Source of the DNA: Smithellaceae bacterium
GTDB taxonomy: Bacteria; Desulfobacterota; Syntrophia; Syntrophales; Smithellaceae
Length of the DNA stretch: 64,000 nucleotides
Direction: 5' to 3'
Assembly: GCA_963667845.2 (NCBI GenBank)
Contig: CAXXVL010000001.1
Span: 320,001-384,000, forward strand
The notes beneath the pieces are model-generated. The model did no database searches. It had not been told where the DNA came from and saw only the letters and a list, made by a program, of their open reading frames with translations. Made by a program: the position numbers and the translations under genes. Below, piece after piece: positions 59,237-64,000 of the stretch. Within the stretch, counting starts at the first letter, position 1, and each line of letters opens with the position of its first letter.

Positions 59237-59602
59237 GTGAACTGTAATCTACATCATGTCCATCTTTTTGCATCCGACCTTAATGCGAGCCTTGGGTTCT
59301 ACCGCGAGATGTTCGGTGCCGAGGTCGTTTTCGACCAGATCGTGGCCGGCGGGCGCAATGTCGTGATTCAGATCGGCACCGGCCTGATCTGCTTTTATGA
59401 TCAGCCTCCCCGGGGTGAAGGGCCAAGCGCCGTGCATCACCTCGGGGTCCATACGGACGACATTTCAGCCGTGGTCGCCCACATGGAGGGAAAAGGTTTC
59501 AAGTTCCGTGGCCCGGTCAGGGACTTGGGAGAGCTGAAATACATCATGGTGGAAGGGCCCGATCGCGTGATGATCGAGATTTTTGAGAACAAAAACGCCT
59601 GA
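59237..59602 (+). CDS. VOC/glyoxalase family protein (paralogue of 37619-38008)
   Basis: AAGGAG RBS and GTG; LHHVHLFASD...FYREMFGAE...HHLG...GPDRV. Confidence 0.85.
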   Translation: MNCNLHHVHLFASDLNASLGFYREMFGAEVVFDQIVAGGRNVVIQIGTGLICFYDQPPRGEGPSAVHHLGVHTDDISAVVAHMEGKGFKFRGPVRDLGELKYIMVEGPDRVMIEIFENKNA

Positions 59603-59794
59603 CAAAGGCCCTATTTGGAATGAATGACGTTGACGAGCGATCGAGTCACTGGTTTTAAGTCATACCCCGACCGCTGATCCGCATGTCGGGGGTCAACCAA
59701 TAAGGATTGATGTGACCCAGAAGGTCGCATCAATCCTTTGTCCCCAATTTCATTCAGAAACGAATCGTTTGACCGCCGGTGATGACCATTTCCC

Positions 59795-59860
59795 GCCCCG
59801 GCAATCTCTTCGGGCTTGCCGAAACGCTTCATGGGAACCTGTGCCATGGCCTCATATCCT
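59795..59860 (-). pseudogene. Fragment of an SDR C-terminus
   Basis: YEAMAQVPMKRFGKPEEIAGA resembles the SDR P-x-x-R-x-G-x-P-E-E-I-A motif. Confidence 0.5.
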
Positions 59861-59863
59861 TGA

Positions 59864-60100
59864 GGCCTTTCAGGCGTTAAGGGCAAGATACCCGATACCC
59901 CAAAAGAAGGGGATGCAATTTTTAAGAATGTTCGAAATATTATTGTAGGAAACAACCGGAAGGCCATACAGGCGGCTGCGGTAAAAGCTCAAGGTCTTGG
60001 TTTGGAAGTGATTATCGATGCCCTGCCGAGGACCCCTACCAACAAGATTGAAAAATACAAGCTGAAGCAGATGATTCTTGCCGAATTGGGAAGAAAATGA
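59864..60100 (+). pseudogene. Chimeric remnant: glycerate 2-kinase (MOFRL/TtuD)-like fragment fused in frame to an AMP-ligase C-terminus
   Basis: Startless frame GKIPDTPKEGDAIFKNVRNIIVGNNRKAIQAAAVKAQGLG-LEVII-DALPRTPTNKIEKYKLKQMILAELGRK*. Confidence 0.6.
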
Positions 60101-60141
60101 CCTAAAACAAACATGCAAAATATTATTTTAAGGAGGCTCAC

Positions 60142-61848
60142 ATGTCGCTGCTAATCAATCCTAAAACCTACCATCAGAAGTGGCCCGATCAGAAAACTCA
60201 GGACATCATGGAAAAGACGATCACCTTTTTTGAGAGAAAAGGTCTCAGGAGCATCAAGGAAGACGACCAGGATATCCGCTGGTATGACGATTATATCCGC
60301 TTTTTGAAAGAGAAAGAGGTATTCGCAACCCTGTTGACTCCCTCGGGTTACGGAGATCCTGATTCCCGTTTCGACCTCTCCAGGGTCTGTCAGTTCAATG
60401 AGATTCTGGGTTTTTACGGCAACTCCTTTCAATACGCATACCAAGTCTCGATCCTGGGTCTGGGCCCCATCTGGATGGGGAACAACGAGGCCGTGAAGCA
60501 CAAGGCCGCCAGGCTGCTGAAGGAGGGGGGAATTTTTGCTTTCGGTCTGTCCGAGAAGGATCATGGAGCGGACCTCTACTCCAATGAAATGAAACTCCAT
60601 CCACAGGCGAACGGGACTTATAAGGCAGATGGAAGCAAGTACTACATCGGCAATGCCAATCGTGCAGCCCTTGTTTCCGTTCAGGGGCGCTACACCGATA
60701 AGGACGAGTATGTGTTTTTCGTCGTTGAAAGTGGGCATCACAACTATAAACTCGTGAAGAAGATCGAGACCTCCGGCAATCGCAACGGATACGTCGGCGA
60801 GTTCGAACTGGTCGATTATCCTATTGCGCCGGAAGATATCCTCTCCAGCGGACAGCTTGCGTGGGACTCCTCGCTCTCCACCGTCAATATAGGCAAGTTC
60901 CAGTTGGGGTTCTGCGCTGTCGGGATTTGCACGCATTCATTCTACGAGGCGATCAATCATGCCTCCAACCGCATTCTTTATGGAAAACCGGTTACCGCCT
61001 TTCCGCACATCCGTAAATTTTTCATCGATTCCTATGTGCGGCTGCATGCCATGAAGCTCTATGCGCTGAGGAGTCTCGATTACTTCCGTTCCTCCTCAAA
61101 CGAGGACCGGCGATACCTCCTGTTTAACCCGATCCAGAAGACAAAAGTCGCCCAGGAAGGTGTGAAAGTCATGGATATGATCCTTGATATCGTCACCGCC
61201 AAAGGATTCGAACAGGATACTTACATCGAAGGAGCCATCCGGGAAATAGGGATGCTGCCGCGCCTCGAAGGAACGGCCCACGTCAACATCGGCCTCGTCA
61301 TCAAGTTTCTGCAGAACTATCTCTTTAATCCCATCGACTATCCGGTCATTCCCAAGAGGGACGATCCGGGCGATGACGCTTACATTTTCAAACAATACAC
61401 GGGAGGGCTCGCCAAGGTGCGCTTTCCCGATTACCGCCTGGCTTACGAAGGGGTGGATCTTCCCAACATCCGAGTCTTCCGGAGTCAGATTGAACTGTTC
61501 AGGGAATTCATGGAACGGGCAACGCCCAGTCCCGAGCAGCGCGCCAATATCGATTATATGCTCCCGCTGGGAGAGATGTTTACCCTCATTGTTTACGCGC
61601 AGCTGATTCTTGAGAACTGCGGGATTTACAAGGTGGACAGCGACATCGTAGATCGGATTTTCAATCTTCTGGTGCGGGACTTCTCCCAGTATGCTCTGAC
61701 GCAGATTACGGGCGCGGTCAATACGAATGAGCAGGAAAAGTATCTCCGGAAAATGTTGATGAATCCGGTGATCGATCCGGCGCAGGAGATGCGGCTGTGG
61801 AAGGATCACGTTGAGGTTCTCAACGGAGCGTATGTAATGAATCCTTAA
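60142..61848 (+). CDS. Acyl-CoA dehydrogenase family protein (long form)
   Basis: AFGLSEKDHGADLY, GSKYYIGN, TVNIGKF, LPRLEGTAHVN. Confidence 0.88.
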   Translation: MSLLINPKTYHQKWPDQKTQDIMEKTITFFERKGLRSIKEDDQDIRWYDDYIRFLKEKEVFATLLTPSGYGDPDSRFDLSRVCQFNEILGFYGNSFQYAYQVSILGLGPIWMGNNEAVKHKAARLLKEGGIFAFGLSEKDHGADLYSNEMKLHPQANGTYKADGSKYYIGNANRAALVSVQGRYTDKDEYVFFVVESGHHNYKLVKKIETSGNRNGYVGEFELVDYPIAPEDILSSGQLAWDSSLSTVNIGKFQLGFCAVGICTHSFYEAINHASNRILYGKPVTAFPHIRKFFIDSYVRLHAMKLYALRSLDYFRSSSNEDRRYLLFNPIQKTKVAQEGVKVMDMILDIVTAKGFEQDTYIEGAIREIGMLPRLEGTAHVNIGLVIKFLQNYLFNPIDYPVIPKRDDPGDDAYIFKQYTGGLAKVRFPDYRLAYEGVDLPNIRVFRSQIELFREFMERATPSPEQRANIDYMLPLGEMFTLIVYAQLILENCGIYKVDSDIVDRIFNLLVRDFSQYALTQITGAVNTNEQEKYLRKMLMNPVIDPAQEMRLWKDHVEVLNGAYVMNP

Positions 61849-61932
61849 AGAAAAAAGTCGGAAGCTCAAATCAAAGAGAGGATCTTTGCCGAAGTGAATG
61901 GATCATGAGGCATCGATACAGGAGGTTCAACA

Positions 61933-62244
61933 TTGAACTGGAGTGAGAAGATAGAGGAGCTTAAAATCCGCAGGGGGGAAGCCTTGGAAATGGGCGGACC
62001 CGACAAGATCTTGCGGCAGCGTGAACAGGGGAAGCTCACCGCGCGCGAACGGCTTGATCTCCTATTCGATCGAGGAAGCTTCATCGAATATGGGATGCTC
62101 GCCATGAGCCCCAGTGAACGGCTCAAGAAAGAAAACAAGAAAACTCCGGCGGACGCCGTGATCGTCGGCTACGGCAAAATCAACGGCCGGCCGGCCAGCA
62201 CGATCCAAAATAAAATCAAACGAGGAAATATTTATGATCGATAA
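61933..62244 (+). pseudogene. Truncated carboxyltransferase subunit (N-terminal ~88 aa only)
   Basis: GGPDKI..Q.EQGKLTARERLDLLFD.GSF...TPADAVIVGYGKINGRP, then similarity stops. Confidence 0.75.
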
Positions 62245-63841
62245 AAGCAAACGCATAACCCGTCCTGCAGTCTCTCTCGAGGATCTGGAACTCCTGAAAG
62301 GCAAACAAATCGAATTTGACAGTGTTGCTCAGATGCTGACCGTCCGGGCACAAGAAATCCCTGATGCCGTCCACGTCCTGTATTACGACGAGGTCATCAC
62401 TTATAGACAGACCAATGAGCGGGCCAACCGGGTGGCGAATTTCCTGAAGCAAAGAGGTGTTGGTAAAGGCGACATGGTTTCAGTCATGGTCCTCAATTCG
62501 CCCGAAATCTACTACACCATGTTCGGGGCCCAGAAGCTGGGCGCAGTGGCCGGGACCATAAACTATATGCTCAAAGGCCCGGAAATAGCCTACGTCCTTG
62601 AGGACTCGAAACCCAAGGTGGCGTTTGTAGGCAGCGAATACATGGCCGAGTTTGCCAAAGGCTGGCGGCTCTCGGTGCATAAACCGGTTGTGGTCGAGGT
62701 CGTGACAACGGTCGAGCACGGTGAAAAGATTGCCGAACTGATCCTGAGAGAGGTCCTGGACCGTTTTCCCGCTGATGAGTGCCTCGTGCCCCAATCACTG
62801 GACGATCCCTTTTTGCTTCTTTATTCATCGGGCACGACCGGCGTACCCAAGGGTATCCTTCTCTCTAACAGAAACGAATTCGCCATCTGTAAGGCTGCCG
62901 CCCGTGGCAGGGTGAACCAGCCGGGGGATGTCTTCATGATCATCCTCCCCATGTTTCACACCAACCCCCTGTGCATCATAACCTACCCTTTCAGCTACCA
63001 GGGGCTTACCATCTGCATCCGTAAATCCTTCTCCCCGAAGGACTTCTGGCCCTCCCTGGAGCGCTACGGCGTGACGGTCGTCGTGGCTGTACCGGCGATG
63101 TATGCTTACATCTACAAGGCTGCGGACCCGCAGACCATTGATTACAATCGCCTGAAGCTCAGGTACGCCTTTGCCGGAGCGGCCCCCATGCCTCTGGAGT
63201 TGGTCCGGGGTTTCAAGGAAAAATTTGGAGTCCAGGTAATTGACGGCTATGGCCTGACCGAGGCCGGCGGCGTTTCCACCGCCAGTTTCGGCGCGCCTGA
63301 AAACCTCGCTTCCATCGGGATTGCCACTTATGGCCAGGAAGTGGAGATCATGGATGACGAAAACAACATCCTGCCGTATGGCGAGCGCGGCGAGATCTGC
63401 ATCAAGGGAGAGGCGGTGATGCTCGGTTATCTGAATAAGCCCGAGGCAACAGCCGAGGTCATCCGGGACGGCTGGCTTCACACAGGCGATATGGGACATA
63501 TGGACGAACAGGGTTACGTCTACATCTCCGGCCGTAAAAAAGAAATGATCAACCGGGGTGGAGAGAATATTTATCCCCGGGAAATCGAGATCCCCTTGGA
63601 AAAGCATCCCAAAATAGCGGAAGTGGCCGTCGTGGGTGCGCCTGATCCGGCCCTGGGCGAGCGGGTCCGGGCCTGCATCGTCCTGCATCCCTCGTGCTCT
63701 CTTACTGCGGAGGAGGTCATAGAGTACCTCTCGGACAAAATCGCCAAATACAAACTTCCCGAGTTTATAGAATTCATGCCTGCCCTTCCTCGCAATCCCA
63801 CGGGCAAAATTCTGAAACAGGAACTGAAAGAGATGTTCTGA
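62234..63841 (+). CDS. AMP-binding acyl-CoA synthetase
   Basis: YSSGTTGVPKG, GYGLTE, TGDMG, GRKKEMINRGGENIYPRE, LPRNPTGK. Confidence 0.92.
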   Translation: MIDKSKRITRPAVSLEDLELLKGKQIEFDSVAQMLTVRAQEIPDAVHVLYYDEVITYRQTNERANRVANFLKQRGVGKGDMVSVMVLNSPEIYYTMFGAQKLGAVAGTINYMLKGPEIAYVLEDSKPKVAFVGSEYMAEFAKGWRLSVHKPVVVEVVTTVEHGEKIAELILREVLDRFPADECLVPQSLDDPFLLLYSSGTTGVPKGILLSNRNEFAICKAAARGRVNQPGDVFMIILPMFHTNPLCIITYPFSYQGLTICIRKSFSPKDFWPSLERYGVTVVVAVPAMYAYIYKAADPQTIDYNRLKLRYAFAGAAPMPLELVRGFKEKFGVQVIDGYGLTEAGGVSTASFGAPENLASIGIATYGQEVEIMDDENNILPYGERGEICIKGEAVMLGYLNKPEATAEVIRDGWLHTGDMGHMDEQGYVYISGRKKEMINRGGENIYPREIEIPLEKHPKIAEVAVVGAPDPALGERVRACIVLHPSCSLTAEEVIEYLSDKIAKYKLPEFIEFMPALPRNPTGKILKQELKEMF

Positions 63842-63925
63842 TCTACAGATAAGAGGAAAGGAGGTGACCTTACCCCGGAAGATGTACCAAGTTTAAATTG
63901 AGTCCTTGATCCTGTGAGGGTTCCC

Positions 63926-64000
63926 CCCGGGCGGGCCAAACTGTACCGCGTCTGGCATGACCAGTGGAAAAAATGGAAGGTGGCGCCCTACAACAGCCGG
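63926..64000 (+). repeat. Exact 75-bp copy of an internal segment of the 57757-59226 gene (continues past the window edge)
   Basis: Identical to 58780-58854 (CCCGGGCGGGCCAAACTGTACC...CAACAGCCGG). Confidence 0.85.

Overview
This 64-kb bacterial window reads like an anaerobic Desulfobacterota/Syntrophales-type organism; that placement is inferred from gene content only. The left half (1-28 kb) holds mixed housekeeping and accessory genes: Dus, nitrilase, DinB, MtfA-like peptidase, GNAT, thioesterase, crotonase, OmpA, phosphatase, CoA-transferase, SulP, MFS, PlsC, CorA and sirtuin. It is interspersed with at least four families of small palindromic/MITE-like repeats. The right half (28-64 kb) is an acyl-CoA catabolism region with many paralogues (4 acyl-CoA ligases, 3 acyl-CoA dehydrogenases, 5 orphan LivK-type binding proteins, 2 VOC proteins), a sigma-54 activator with its divergent -24/-12 promoter, and several deletion/duplication scars. 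The main find is missed by the ORF track. At 7475-8182, three in-frame pieces join into one 235-aa MerB (organomercurial lyase)-like protein. Both catalytic cysteine positions are in-frame UGA codons, and each is followed by its own bacterial SECIS-like hairpin, making it a candidate stand-alone double selenoprotein outside any mer operon. Also notable are an in-frame insertion of a ~100-bp dispersed element into a lipoprotein signal peptide, acyl-CoA dehydrogenases fused to a winged-helix-like C-terminal domain, and nested or tandem miniature elements. No CRISPR array, rRNA, tRNA or transposase was recognised.
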